64,000 nt of DNA. Source: an uncultured Bdellovibrionales bacterium. Its GTDB lineage: Bacteria > Patescibacteriota > Minisyncoccia > Moranbacterales > UBA1568. Of the stretch, positions 36,364 through 45,986 are shown piece by piece. The DNA lies in contig CAYLJX010000003.1 of assembly GCA_964384235.1 (NCBI GenBank), forward strand, positions 8,389-72,388. Direction: 5' to 3'. A program made the position numbers and the translations under genes. The notes under the pieces are model-generated. The model had not been told where the DNA came from. It searched no databases and was given only the letters and a program-made list of their open reading frames with translations. Positions within the stretch are counted from its first letter, which is position 1, and each line of letters opens with the position of its first letter.

Positions 36364-37371
36364 CTACTTTGCCAGCATTATACTCCTCTTATAGGTATCA
36401 AGGTTCTCCAGCACGATACCCGTCCCTTTGACCACGCAGTAGGCCGGGTCGTCCGCCACGTAGCACGGCACGTTGATCGTCTTGGAGATGAGCTGGTCGA
36501 GATACTTAAGCTGGGCCGTCCCGCCGGAGAGCACCATTCCCTTGTCCATGATGTCGGCCGCCAGTTCCGGCGGTGTCTCCTGGAGGACCGACTTGATGAC
36601 GTTGATGATCTCCCGTAGCTCGTCCTGGATGGCTTCCGTCACCTCGTTGGACGAGATCGTCACGGTCTTGGGCAGGCCGCCCATCAGGTCGCGGCCGCGG
36701 ATGTCCATGTGCTCCTCCTTGACCTGGGCGAGAGCGGAGCCGATGGTCACCTTGACTTCTTCCGCCGTCCGGTCGCCGATGGCGAGGCTGTATTTTCGTT
36801 TGATGTAGTCCGAGATGGCCTGGTCGATGCGGTTGCCGCCGACACGCGCGCTCTGTGCCGCTACGATGCCGCCCAAGCTGATGATGGCGATTTCCGTCGT
36901 GCCGCCGCCGATATTGATGATCATGTTGCCCTGCGCCGTGTGGATGGGAATGCCGGCGCCGATGGCCGCGAGGATCGGTTCCTTGACGACATAGGCCGCC
37001 TTGGCACCAGCCTTGAGTGCCGCGTCGATGACCGCGCGCCGCTCCGTCGACGTGACGCCGGCCGGGATGGAGAGGACCACTTCCGGACGGACGAAACGTA
37101 CCCGGCCGCTCACCCGGTTCAGGAAATACTTGAGCATGGCCTCCGTGATGCGATAGTCCGCAATGGCACCGTCCTTCAAGGGCTGGCTCGCGACGATGGT
37201 GTCCGGTGTCCTACCGAGCATTTCCTTGGCCTCGTTCCCGACCGCGAGCACCTTGTTCTCGGTGAGCGATATCGCCACGACCGACGGCTCGTTGATGACG
37301 ACACCCTTCCCCGGCACGAACACCAACGTGTTCGCCGTCCCGAGATCGATACCGATTTTCCGTAGAAACAT
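36364..37371 (-). CDS. mreB: Rod shape-determining protein MreB
   Basis: IGIDLGTANT, NEPSVVA, PLKDGAIADY, IGGGTTE. Confidence 0.96.
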   Translation of the reverse strand: MFLRKIGIDLGTANTLVFVPGKGVVINEPSVVAISLTENKVLAVGNEAKEMLGRTPDTIVASQPLKDGAIADYRITEAMLKYFLNRVSGRVRFVRPEVVLSIPAGVTSTERRAVIDAALKAGAKAAYVVKEPILAAIGAGIPIHTAQGNMIINIGGGTTEIAIISLGGIVAAQSARVGGNRIDQAISDYIKRKYSLAIGDRTAEEVKVTIGSALAQVKEEHMDIRGRDLMGGLPKTVTISSNEVTEAIQDELREIINVIKSVLQETPPELAADIMDKGMVLSGGTAQLKYLDQLISKTINVPCYVADDPAYCVVKGTGIVLENLDTYKRSIMLAK

Positions 37372-37395
37372 ATCGTTCAAAATTTCCCCTTATAC

Positions 37396-38652
37396 CTAGA
37401 CTCGCCTGATGACCGCGCCGATTTTCTGCAACCGCTCTTCGATTCTCTCGTAGCCGCGGTCCACCTGGTAGATGTCCTCGATGATCGTCTTGCCCTTGGC
37501 GCACAGGGCCGCGATGATGAGCGCCGCTCCGGCCCGCAGGTCATAGCTCTTGATGACCGTCCCGCGAAGCGCCGTCTTTCCGGAGATCACTACCTGATGC
37601 GGATTGAGCACGACTGCGTGACCGCCCATCTTTTCCAACTCTGACACATAGTTGAAGCGTCCCTCGAAGAGAGTATCGAACACAAACGTTTCCCCCTTTG
37701 TCTGGGTCGCGAGCACACCGAACGGTGCCTGGACATCCGTCGGAATACCGGGGTAGGTACGCGTCTCCACTTTGGCGACACTGCGAAGTTTTTTTCCCGG
37801 TACGACCGTGATGGCGTTTTTCTTGACGATGAAATCCGCCCCGAACTCCCGAAGTTTCTCCAGGACCAGATCGAGATGCTCCGCCCACGCGTTCCTGACA
37901 GTCAGAGGACTGCCGGTCGCGACGCCGAGAATGAGAAAGGTGGCGGCTTCGTTGGCATCAGGGATGATCGTGTGTTTCGCACCGCGAAGCCTCTTCTGTC
38001 CGATGATCGTAAGCGTGTGTGTCCCCAGTCCCTCGATCTTCGCTCCCATCGCGATGAGGAATTTCCCGAGGTCCTCGACGTGCGGTTCGGCCGCGGCGAT
38101 CTTGATGATCGTTTTGCCGGGCATGCCGGCGGCGAGCATCATGGCGTTCTCCGTACCCGTCACCGAGAATTCCTTGAGTACGACCGTGGCGGGTTTGCGC
38201 TTGCCTGCGTCGACGACATATTCCTTCTCCGTGCGCTTCACCGAAACGCCGAGCTTGGCAAAGGCATCGACATGCGTATCCACCGGTCGCGCCCCGATGA
38301 CGCACCCGCCCGGCTGGTAGAGCCTGAACCGGTCAAAACGTGCCGCGAGCGCCCCCATGAGAAGCACCGAGGAACGGATGCGCTTCACCAGGTCGGTATC
38401 CATCCTGCCCGGGTCGATGTCCTTGGTAGTAACCGCTACCGTATGTTTCCCTCTCCATTCGACAGCCGCTCCCATGCTCTCCAGGATCTCCAGCATGCGA
38501 AAAACATCCTCGATGAGAGGGATGTTCGAAAGGATACAGGTTTCCTTGGTGAGCAGAGTGGCGGCGAGGATCGGCGTCGTGGCGTTCTTGGATCCGGACA
38601 CGGTTATCTCCCCTTTGAGCCGCTTTCCCCCTTCGATTTCGAATACTTCCAT
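37396..38652 (-). CDS. murA: UDP-N-acetylglucosamine 1-carboxyvinyltransferase
   Basis: SGSKNA, PGGCVIGARPVD, SVTGTEN, DLRAGAAL, DRGYE. Confidence 0.97.
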   Translation of the reverse strand: MEVFEIEGGKRLKGEITVSGSKNATTPILAATLLTKETCILSNIPLIEDVFRMLEILESMGAAVEWRGKHTVAVTTKDIDPGRMDTDLVKRIRSSVLLMGALAARFDRFRLYQPGGCVIGARPVDTHVDAFAKLGVSVKRTEKEYVVDAGKRKPATVVLKEFSVTGTENAMMLAAGMPGKTIIKIAAAEPHVEDLGKFLIAMGAKIEGLGTHTLTIIGQKRLRGAKHTIIPDANEAATFLILGVATGSPLTVRNAWAEHLDLVLEKLREFGADFIVKKNAITVVPGKKLRSVAKVETRTYPGIPTDVQAPFGVLATQTKGETFVFDTLFEGRFNYVSELEKMGGHAVVLNPHQVVISGKTALRGTVIKSYDLRAGAALIIAALCAKGKTIIEDIYQVDRGYERIEERLQKIGAVIRRV

Positions 38653-38859
38653 ACCTGGGAACTATACCTCAAAACAAGCCTTTTATCAATATTAAAGCCG
38701 CTTGCCAGAAGATTCCGGAAGCGGCGCGTTTTTGCCCTGAAAAGAGCTAAGACAAAGAGATTTGTCTTAAATGGATGTTTTTTCTTTTTGTTTTGTTTTG
38801 AAAGGACGAGAGAAAAAGAAAAAACGGGCTTGGCACCCGTTTTGCTCTTTCTTAAATAC

Positions 38860-38888
38860 AGTATAGCACATTTTCGACTCCTTGTCCA
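38860..38888 (-). promoter_or_regulatory. Promoter for murA-mreB-GT operon
   Basis: TGGACA-17 nt-TATACT with extended TGn. Confidence 0.6.
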
Positions 38889-38913
38889 CCCTAAGTAAGT
38901 GAGTGAGTGAACC

Positions 38914-39837
38914 CTATTTCCCCTTGCGGAGGAAATCGTAGGCCGAGAGGGCGGCGACTATGCCGTAGCCGGCGGAGATGTTGTTCTGCTTGTAGGGAAG
39001 ATCCGTCGCGTCGCCCGTCGCGAAGATGCCCGGTTTGGAAGTCGCAGCGGTCTTGCCGTCGAGGATGATCTCTCCACGCTCATTGAGATCGAGAATATCC
39101 TTCACGAACTCGGTGTTCGGCACCATACCGATCTCCACGAAGACACCGTCGACGTCGAGCGTTTTCTTTTCGTTCGTCTCCGTATCACGATACCTGATGC
39201 CCGTCACTTTTTCCTCACCGAGGACCTCCTCTGTCAGCGCATGATAGACGACACTCACCTTGTCCGAAGCGAGGATCGTGTCCTGGGTGATCTGATCGCC
39301 TTTGAGTCCGCCGGAACGCACCATGAGAATGATTTCCTTCGCGTACGGCAGCAGGTCTTCTACCGCTTCGAGACCGGCGTTGCCGCCGCCCACCACGGCC
39401 ACCTTCCTGTCACGGAAGAATGGCGCGTCGCACGTCGAGCAGTACACGACGCCTTTGCCCTTGAATTTTTCTTCACCGGGCACATCGAGATGCCGATGCC
39501 GACCGCCGGACGCGACGATCACGGTCTTGGTCTCGTACCGCTCACCCTTCTCCGTGACGACCGCGTATCCCTTTCCCAGAAGTTCTTCCAGCTTGGCAGC
39601 CCGCTCCCCTGTTCGTATCTCTATCCCTTCCTGTGCGCGCAGGTGCTTCTCGAGGGACTGGGCGAATTCCCATCCCGTGATCGACACCGTTCCGATCCAG
39701 TTCTCGATACCGGCCGATACCGCCGACTGGCTCTGGAAACTCTCCGTAAGGAAGAGGGTCTTGAGCTGCTTGCGCGCCGTGTACACTCCTGCCGCTACTC
39801 CTCCTGGCCCCCCTCCAATGATGATGACATCATACAT
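38914..39837 (-). CDS. trxB: Thioredoxin reductase (TrxB / AhpF C-domain-like)
   Basis: GGGPGG, CSTCD, VVGGGNAG, GIFATGD. Confidence 0.88.
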   Translation of the reverse strand: MYDVIIIGGGPGGVAAGVYTARKQLKTLFLTESFQSQSAVSAGIENWIGTVSITGWEFAQSLEKHLRAQEGIEIRTGERAAKLEELLGKGYAVVTEKGERYETKTVIVASGGRHRHLDVPGEEKFKGKGVVYCSTCDAPFFRDRKVAVVGGGNAGLEAVEDLLPYAKEIILMVRSGGLKGDQITQDTILASDKVSVVYHALTEEVLGEEKVTGIRYRDTETNEKKTLDVDGVFVEIGMVPNTEFVKDILDLNERGEIILDGKTAATSKPGIFATGDATDLPYKQNNISAGYGIVAALSAYDFLRKGK

Positions 39838-39857
39838 AATCAAAAATATTAGCGATT

Positions 39858-41093
39858 CTACCCTCTTCCCCGCTCTTCCATGGCATGCGCGACCCGGCGG
39901 ACGGCGAGCGCGTAGGCGCCCATCCGATAGCTCGTGTTGTATTTCTCCCGTTCCTCCGAAACCGCCTGGAATGCTGTCCGCATGATTTTCTCCAGTTTAC
40001 CAAGAACCTCTTCTTCTTCCCAGTAATATCCGAAGGCGTTCTGGACCTGTTCGAAATACGAGACGGTCACGCCGCCGGCATTGGCGAGAATGTCCGGTAC
40101 CACGATCACTCCCCTGTCGAAAAGCATGGCATCGGCTTCCGGGGTCACCGGACCGTTGGCCACTTCCACGATATAACGGGCCTGGATCGTATCGGCATTT
40201 TCCGATGTGATCGCATTCTCCAGGGCGGCCGGCACCAGGATATCCGTCGGGACCGAGAGGACCGCGTCGCTCGGAAGGCTCTCGCAACCGGCACACTGAT
40301 CCAGACTGCCGGTCGCACGCTTGTGAGCGATGAGCTCGTCCACATCGAGGCCACTCTCGCGATAGAGGGTCGACTTGGAATCGGCGATGGCGACCAATGT
40401 ATATCCAGCTTCCGAAAGGATTTTCGCAAGAAAGCTCCCGCCGTTCCCGAACCCCTGGATCGCGACGCGCGTCCCTGCTTGGAGATGATGTTTCTTCGCC
40501 AGTTCGTCGAGACAAAAGAACGCTCCCTGGGCCGTGGCATAGTCACGAACGACCGATCCGCCCAAAGACGTCGGCTTGCCCGTGATGACACCGGGAGCGT
40601 GCCGACCTGTCACCGATTCGTACTCGTCGAGCATCCAGGCCATGATACGGGGATCCGTCGAGACGTCCGGCGCCGGCACATCGAGATCCGGCCCGATGAA
40701 GGGCGCGAGGGCGCGGGCGTAGGCGCGCGAAAGCGATTCGAGCTCACGGTCAGAGAGCTGTTTCGGATCGACCGCCACGCCACCCTTGCCGCCGCCGAGA
40801 GGGATCTTGACCACGGCCGTCTTCCACGTCATCCAGGCCGAGAGCGCCTTCACCTCGTCAAGCGTCACCTGCCGGTGGAAGCGGATGCCGCCCTTGAACG
40901 GTCCGCGGGCGTCGTTGTACTGCGAGCGATATCCGGTAAAGACTTCTACGCGACCGTCGTCCATCTTCACGGGAAGCGATACTTCGATCACGCGCTTCGG
41001 ATGCATGAGCTGCGCAAGGATGTTGTCGTCGATCTTGAGAATCTCCTGCACCGCGCGAAGCTGCTGCTTCGCATTTTCAAAGGGGGAATTCAT
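39858..41093 (-). CDS. gdhA: Glu/Leu/Phe/Val dehydrogenase (glutamate dehydrogenase)
   Basis: GPFKGGIRF, GGGKGG, PAPDV, IQGFGNGG, PDILANAGGV. Confidence 0.93.
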   Translation of the reverse strand: MNSPFENAKQQLRAVQEILKIDDNILAQLMHPKRVIEVSLPVKMDDGRVEVFTGYRSQYNDARGPFKGGIRFHRQVTLDEVKALSAWMTWKTAVVKIPLGGGKGGVAVDPKQLSDRELESLSRAYARALAPFIGPDLDVPAPDVSTDPRIMAWMLDEYESVTGRHAPGVITGKPTSLGGSVVRDYATAQGAFFCLDELAKKHHLQAGTRVAIQGFGNGGSFLAKILSEAGYTLVAIADSKSTLYRESGLDVDELIAHKRATGSLDQCAGCESLPSDAVLSVPTDILVPAALENAITSENADTIQARYIVEVANGPVTPEADAMLFDRGVIVVPDILANAGGVTVSYFEQVQNAFGYYWEEEEVLGKLEKIMRTAFQAVSEEREKYNTSYRMGAYALAVRRVAHAMEERGRG

Positions 41094-41129
41094 AATCTTT
41101 CTGTAAAAAATTTTCGCTGTTCTTCGTTC

Positions 41130-41387
41130 TTACTGCATCTTGAACAATGATTTCAGGTACGCTTCATCGATCTTTTTCTTGCCGTCCCACTTGCACGTGA
41201 TATCGTCCTTGAGGAGCTCGACGCCGAGCATCGCCACCGCTTCCCTGATCGCCGAGATCTGCGTGATGATATCGAGGCATTCCTTTTTTTCCTCCACCAT
41301 GCGGCGGATACCCTTGAGCTGACCCTCGATGCGCGCGATACGCGACAGCACCAGCGAATGTATGTCCTGTTTCTTCGGCATAGGCAT
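41130..41387 (-). CDS. CsoR/RcnR-family transcriptional repressor
   Basis: RIARIEGQLKGIRRMVEE..CLDIITQISA. Confidence 0.9.
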   Translation of the reverse strand: MPMPKKQDIHSLVLSRIARIEGQLKGIRRMVEEKKECLDIITQISAIREAVAMLGVELLKDDITCKWDGKKKIDEAYLKSLFKMQ

Positions 41388-41414
41388 ATTCTTTAAAACA
41401 AGTGAGGGTAAGAA

Positions 41415-41461
41415 AATATACCCTCTGGGGGTATATTAGTATGGAAGGAAAATTATGTCAA
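41415..41461 (-). promoter_or_regulatory. CsoR-type operator overlapping promoter
   Basis: Palindrome AATATACCC-TCTGG-GGGTATATT (41415-41437); TTGACA-17 nt-TAATAT. Confidence 0.75.
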
Positions 41462-41464
41462 AAT

Positions 41465-41680
41465 TTTATTCTTTTCCTTCTTGTCTTCCCACTCCTCTTC
41501 TTCGAGCATTAGCCGAGTTTTGCCAGCCTCGCGCGATGAAGTCGTCGCTAGAAACGGAGCGTGACGCGTGGCTTAGTTAGCAGGACAGCGACGTTTCTCG
41601 ACGACGAGTCGGGCGAGGGTCAAAAACGGGTACGTGAGAAAAGAGGGCGTGGGAAGATGAGAAGGTCGGAAGAGAATATC
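41465..41680. other. ~210-nt long imperfect hairpin
   Basis: ccttcttgtcttcccac/gtgggaagatgagaagg, gtcgtcg/cgacgac and agaaacg/cgtttct pairings. Confidence 0.55.
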
Positions 41681-41708
41681 GAGAAACAAAGTTGCTTCAA
41701 AAAACTCC

Positions 41709-43103
41709 CTATAATTCCCCTACGCACTTTTTGAACTGATCCCCACGGTCGAACTCGTTCTGAAACACGCCGAAGCTCGCCGTCCCGGGCGAGAGCAGGA
41801 CGATATCCCCGGAGGCCGCCGCTTCACGGGCCAGTCGTACCGCCTCGGCCATGGATCCGACCACTGTCCATTCCTCTTCCTTTTCGGGAGCCAGCCGATG
41901 CAGCTCTTGAAGGATCTTTTCCGTTCCTTCACCCCTGAAAAGGATAACCCGCTTGGCATGCTTGAGGATCGCTTCGGAAAATGCGGCAAATTCCAAACGT
42001 TTGTCACTTCCGCCCGCCAAAAGGACGATCGGCTGCGAAAACGTCCGAAGTGCCGCGATGGCCGCTTCGGGAATGGTCGCTGCCGTATCGTTGTAATAGC
42101 AGACCCCATCCTTTTCTCTCACCAGTTCCAGACGATGCGGCACGCCTCGGAAACTCTCTATGCCGTCCCGTACCTCGTCGGCCGAAAGCCCGAACGCGAG
42201 CGTCGCTCCCGCCGCCGCTAAGACATTCGAGAGATGGTGTTCCCCCAGCAAAGCGATCTTTTCGACGGGAAGGAGCACGGTCTCCTTTCCTCCCACCTGC
42301 GCGAAGATCATGCCGTCCTCGACCCAGATACCGTCCCCATCCACTTTTCCGGATTTCGAAAACCAGCCGAGCTGCGCCGGAGCATCCTGGGCCGCTTCCC
42401 GAGAAAGCTCATTGTCAAAATTGGCGATAAACGTGTCGTTTCGTTTCTGAAAGAGGAAGATGTTCTTCTTGTCGGACACGTATGCATCGATTGTCTTATA
42501 GTAGTTGAGATGATCAGGATAGAGGTTGGTCAGGACGGCGATGTGCGGACTCTTCTTCATATGTGAAAGAGCCGACAGCCGCCATGAGGAAAGTTCGAAG
42601 ACGACCACGCTTTCGGAAGTGATCTTGGAAAGGCGCGAGAGCACGCCGGTCTGTCCGATACCGGCTTCGATCACGTTTCGTCCGGCAGCCTTGAGGATAT
42701 GAGCGATGAGCGTCGAAGTGGTCGTCTTCCCCTTGGTGCCGGTCACGCCGATGATCGGGGCTTTGCACAAGGCGAAGAAAATACTCGAATCCATTTCCAC
42801 CGAAACGCCGTTCTTCTGCGCGAGCCGTATGTATTCGTTGGTCCATGGGATACCTGGGTTCTTGATCACCATGTCGACATGGGTGAAATCCTCCGGCCGG
42901 TGCTGTCCGAGGACATAGGTGATATTTTTGTATTTGGCAAGCTTCTCCAAAGAAGCCGCGAGTTCCTCGCGCTTCTTGATGTCGGTCACGACGACTTCCC
43001 GGACACCCTGACGGACCAGGAACTCCACCGTTCCGACCCCGCCGGCATTGAGACCCAGTCCGAAGACGGTGATTCGCTTGTTCTTGAAAAAATCCCCTTG
43101 CAT
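41709..43103 (-). CDS. murD: UDP-N-acetylmuramoyl-L-alanine--D-glutamate ligase
   Basis: GVTGTKGKTTT, FELSSWRL, NLYPDHL, HRLE, LLSPGTASFG.F.NEFDRG. Confidence 0.95.
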   Translation of the reverse strand: MQGDFFKNKRITVFGLGLNAGGVGTVEFLVRQGVREVVVTDIKKREELAASLEKLAKYKNITYVLGQHRPEDFTHVDMVIKNPGIPWTNEYIRLAQKNGVSVEMDSSIFFALCKAPIIGVTGTKGKTTTSTLIAHILKAAGRNVIEAGIGQTGVLSRLSKITSESVVVFELSSWRLSALSHMKKSPHIAVLTNLYPDHLNYYKTIDAYVSDKKNIFLFQKRNDTFIANFDNELSREAAQDAPAQLGWFSKSGKVDGDGIWVEDGMIFAQVGGKETVLLPVEKIALLGEHHLSNVLAAAGATLAFGLSADEVRDGIESFRGVPHRLELVREKDGVCYYNDTAATIPEAAIAALRTFSQPIVLLAGGSDKRLEFAAFSEAILKHAKRVILFRGEGTEKILQELHRLAPEKEEEWTVVGSMAEAVRLAREAAASGDIVLLSPGTASFGVFQNEFDRGDQFKKCVGEL

Positions 43104-43124
43104 ATGTGACGAAAGATGTTCCGG

Positions 43125-44720
43125 TTACCACGGAAACCATGAGGAAGACCGGTGACGGAGCACGGATCCGGCCCGTTTGTCCAGATATTTTCCCTGCTCG
43201 ACGGTCACGACACCGTTGACGATGACCTGCGAGATACCGACAGGATACTGGTAGGGTTCCTCCATCGTGGCCCGGTCCTGGATTTCTCCCGGACGGAACA
43301 CCACTATATCAGCGAAATACCCTTCCTGCAAGAGTCCTCTTTTTTCCAGATTGAATTTCATGGCCGGCTTACCGCTCATCTTGTGGACCGCTTCCTCCCA
43401 GGAGAGCACCTTCTTCTCGCGGACATACTCGGCGAAGATCTTGGGGAACGTCCCGAAGTTTCTCGGATGCACCAGGTCGCCGGTCTCCTTGTGCTCTACG
43501 CCATATCCGACACCGTTGGAGCTGATGATGGAAAACGGGTGCTGGACAGCCTTGGTGACGTTCCGCTCCGAAAGCACTTCCATGGAAACGATGGCCCGGC
43601 CGTCGCTTGCCACGAGGAAGTCCACTACGACTTCCTCCGGCGTCTTGCCCTGAAGCTCGGCGATCTCGGAAATCTTCCGGCGGGTGAGCATCTTGGAGAG
43701 CGTCGAGACGGAGATGAGGATGTTCGAGTAATCGACTTCTTTCTTCCTCATGTCGCGCAGGACGGCGCTCCGCACCTGGGTTTCCTTCAGGCGCTCGAGC
43801 ATCATCTTGCGACCGCCCTCCGTGATCCATTCCGGCAGGAGCGTATAGAGCACCGATCCGGTCACGGTATACGGATAGACATCGAATGTCACCTCGACAT
43901 CGTTGAGTGCCGCCGTTTCGATCAGGTTGAAGACTTCGTCCATGAGCGGCCAGTTCTTCTTGCCGACGGCCTTGAGGTGCGAGATATGCACCGACGCTCC
44001 GGTATCGCGCGCGACGCCGACCGCCTCCTCGACGGACTGCACCAGACCTTCTTCCTCATCCCGCACGTATGTCGCGTACATGCCTTTCTCGCCGGCGGCC
44101 AGCCTAGCCAGTGTCGAAAGCTCCCGGGCCCCGGCACCGCGGGCATGCGTATACTTGAGTCCCGTGGACAGACCGATCGCTCCTTCCTTGAGCGCGCGCT
44201 TGAGCATCGTCTGCATGATCGCGATCTCCGCAGGCGTGATGGTCCGTGTCTCGTCCTTCATGGCACCGCGACGGAGCGTCCCGTGACCGACAAGCGTGGC
44301 GAAATTGAGGGCCGGTCGGCGTTTCTCCACCTGATCCAGGAATTCCTTCATGGAAAGCCAGTTGAAGTTGATCTTGCCGACATCCGTCCACTTCTGGATG
44401 GAGCGGATGATGCTCGGATCGATGAGCGGGGCGAGGGACGATCCGGAGTTCCCTCCGATGATGGTCGTCACGCCCTGCTGGAGCATACTCTCGAGCTCCG
44501 GATGCGAAAGCAGCTCCCAGTACGTGTCGGAATGGTTGTTGACATCGACAAAGCCGGGAGCGACATATTGTTCGGTCGCGTCGATGACCCGCTCCGCCGT
44601 CGCATGGGAGAGATCGCCCATCGCGACGATGTGCTCCTCCCTGACCGCGATATCGGCCCGATACATCGGTCGGCCGCTTCCATCCACGACGGTACCGTTT
44701 TTTATGAGAATATCGTACAT
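43125..44720 (-). CDS. N-acyl-D-amino-acid deacylase-family amidohydrolase homolog (active site degenerate)
   Basis: YDILIKNGTVVDGSG, APGFVD, FDVYPY, HPRNFGTFP, GYFADIVVF. Confidence 0.85.
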   Translation of the reverse strand: MYDILIKNGTVVDGSGRPMYRADIAVREEHIVAMGDLSHATAERVIDATEQYVAPGFVDVNNHSDTYWELLSHPELESMLQQGVTTIIGGNSGSSLAPLIDPSIIRSIQKWTDVGKINFNWLSMKEFLDQVEKRRPALNFATLVGHGTLRRGAMKDETRTITPAEIAIMQTMLKRALKEGAIGLSTGLKYTHARGAGARELSTLARLAAGEKGMYATYVRDEEEGLVQSVEEAVGVARDTGASVHISHLKAVGKKNWPLMDEVFNLIETAALNDVEVTFDVYPYTVTGSVLYTLLPEWITEGGRKMMLERLKETQVRSAVLRDMRKKEVDYSNILISVSTLSKMLTRRKISEIAELQGKTPEEVVVDFLVASDGRAIVSMEVLSERNVTKAVQHPFSIISSNGVGYGVEHKETGDLVHPRNFGTFPKIFAEYVREKKVLSWEEAVHKMSGKPAMKFNLEKRGLLQEGYFADIVVFRPGEIQDRATMEEPYQYPVGISQVIVNGVVTVEQGKYLDKRAGSVLRHRSSSWFPW

Positions 44721-44745
44721 GCCTGTTTGAATACGGATTCTTTCC

Positions 44746-45954
44746 CTAGGGCCTGCTGTGGCGGATGCTCCACGGACCCTTTTTCGGAGCGGAGGACGAA
44801 ACGTTCTCCGAAGCCGCCTGGACCTTGTCCGCTTCCGCTTCCTTCTTCGGAGTCTCCTCTTTCTTCTTGACCGCCGACACCTTCGTCACTTCCTCCATGA
44901 ACGCCTTGTCTTTCTGCAAGATTTTCGGGATCAGGAACGTCACATCCACGCCCTCCTTCAGTTCCTTCACCTTGGCGAGTGCACCCCGCTTGGCGATCGA
45001 AAGCATCTCGTCATAGTCGTCCATCCCTGCATGCGCGAAGCGGATGTTCCGGAAATCCTGCCTGACACCCGCGAGCACCACCTTGGATGTCCGCATCTCG
45101 GGAAGCATTTCCGAAAGCGCGTTTCCGGTATTGCGGACGTTTTTTATGCCCGCGATACGCACATTGAAATCCTCATCTTTCTTGAGGGTATCGGAATCAG
45201 CATAATGCATCGCGTAGGCCGGATCGATCGCCGCCACTTTCACCATGAACGACTTGCTCCGTTTGGCCGCTACCGGCAGACCCTGCAGGATCACTCCGAG
45301 CGTATGAGGACTGCTTTCGATCTGTTCCAGATACCGGTCAAACTCTCCGCTCTCCTTGAGCGGATCGGTCACGATTGCCTCATTTCCGAAACGCTCCTCC
45401 TCGACTGAGGATTCGGACACCGGTTCCGGCATCGTGACGGCCGGTTCTTCTTTCTCCTCCTCCGGAGATTCGATCGCCTCGTTCTCTTTTCTCTCCGGAG
45501 CGACACTCTCCGGACGAAGCGTCTCCGCAGGTTCTTCCTCTTCGTCTTGCTCCTCCTCGATCGGAATTTCCGGTTCCGGCTGCGGGAGCGGTTCATCATC
45601 TCCCTTGATTCCCAACTGTTCCGAGAGCGCCTCGAGCTTCACTTCCAAATCTTTCCGTTCCTTGATGAGCTCCAGGAGATCATCGTCGCTCTTGTCCGGC
45701 GTGATCGTCTCGTTGAGCCTCGCGATGTCATCAGCTACCGAATCATACTCCTTCCGCAGGGCGGCCTGTTGTTCCTCGGCCTCCTTGGCTTCCCGGTATG
45801 CGCGTTCCTCCTCTTCCAGCTGTTTGCGCGACGCCAAAAGCCGGAGCACCTCGTCATCGGAGAGCGTACCGAGTTTCGTCTCACGGATTTCTTCCAAGCG
45901 GGCCGCAAGAGCGACCGGGTCGGCGACCGTTTGTGTTTCTGATTTTTTTACCAT
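44746..45954 (-). CDS. Hypothetical acidic coiled-coil protein with DUF4116-like C-terminal repeats
   Basis: N-terminal coiled coil, Glu/Pro linker, LKKDEDF / VVLAGVRQD / LQKDKAF repeats. Confidence 0.6.
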   Translation of the reverse strand: MVKKSETQTVADPVALAARLEEIRETKLGTLSDDEVLRLLASRKQLEEEERAYREAKEAEEQQAALRKEYDSVADDIARLNETITPDKSDDDLLELIKERKDLEVKLEALSEQLGIKGDDEPLPQPEPEIPIEEEQDEEEEPAETLRPESVAPERKENEAIESPEEEKEEPAVTMPEPVSESSVEEERFGNEAIVTDPLKESGEFDRYLEQIESSPHTLGVILQGLPVAAKRSKSFMVKVAAIDPAYAMHYADSDTLKKDEDFNVRIAGIKNVRNTGNALSEMLPEMRTSKVVLAGVRQDFRNIRFAHAGMDDYDEMLSIAKRGALAKVKELKEGVDVTFLIPKILQKDKAFMEEVTKVSAVKKKEETPKKEAEADKVQAASENVSSSAPKKGPWSIRHSRP

Positions 45955-45986
45955 ACTTCCCTCCCTCAGTAACTATAATAGCCCCG

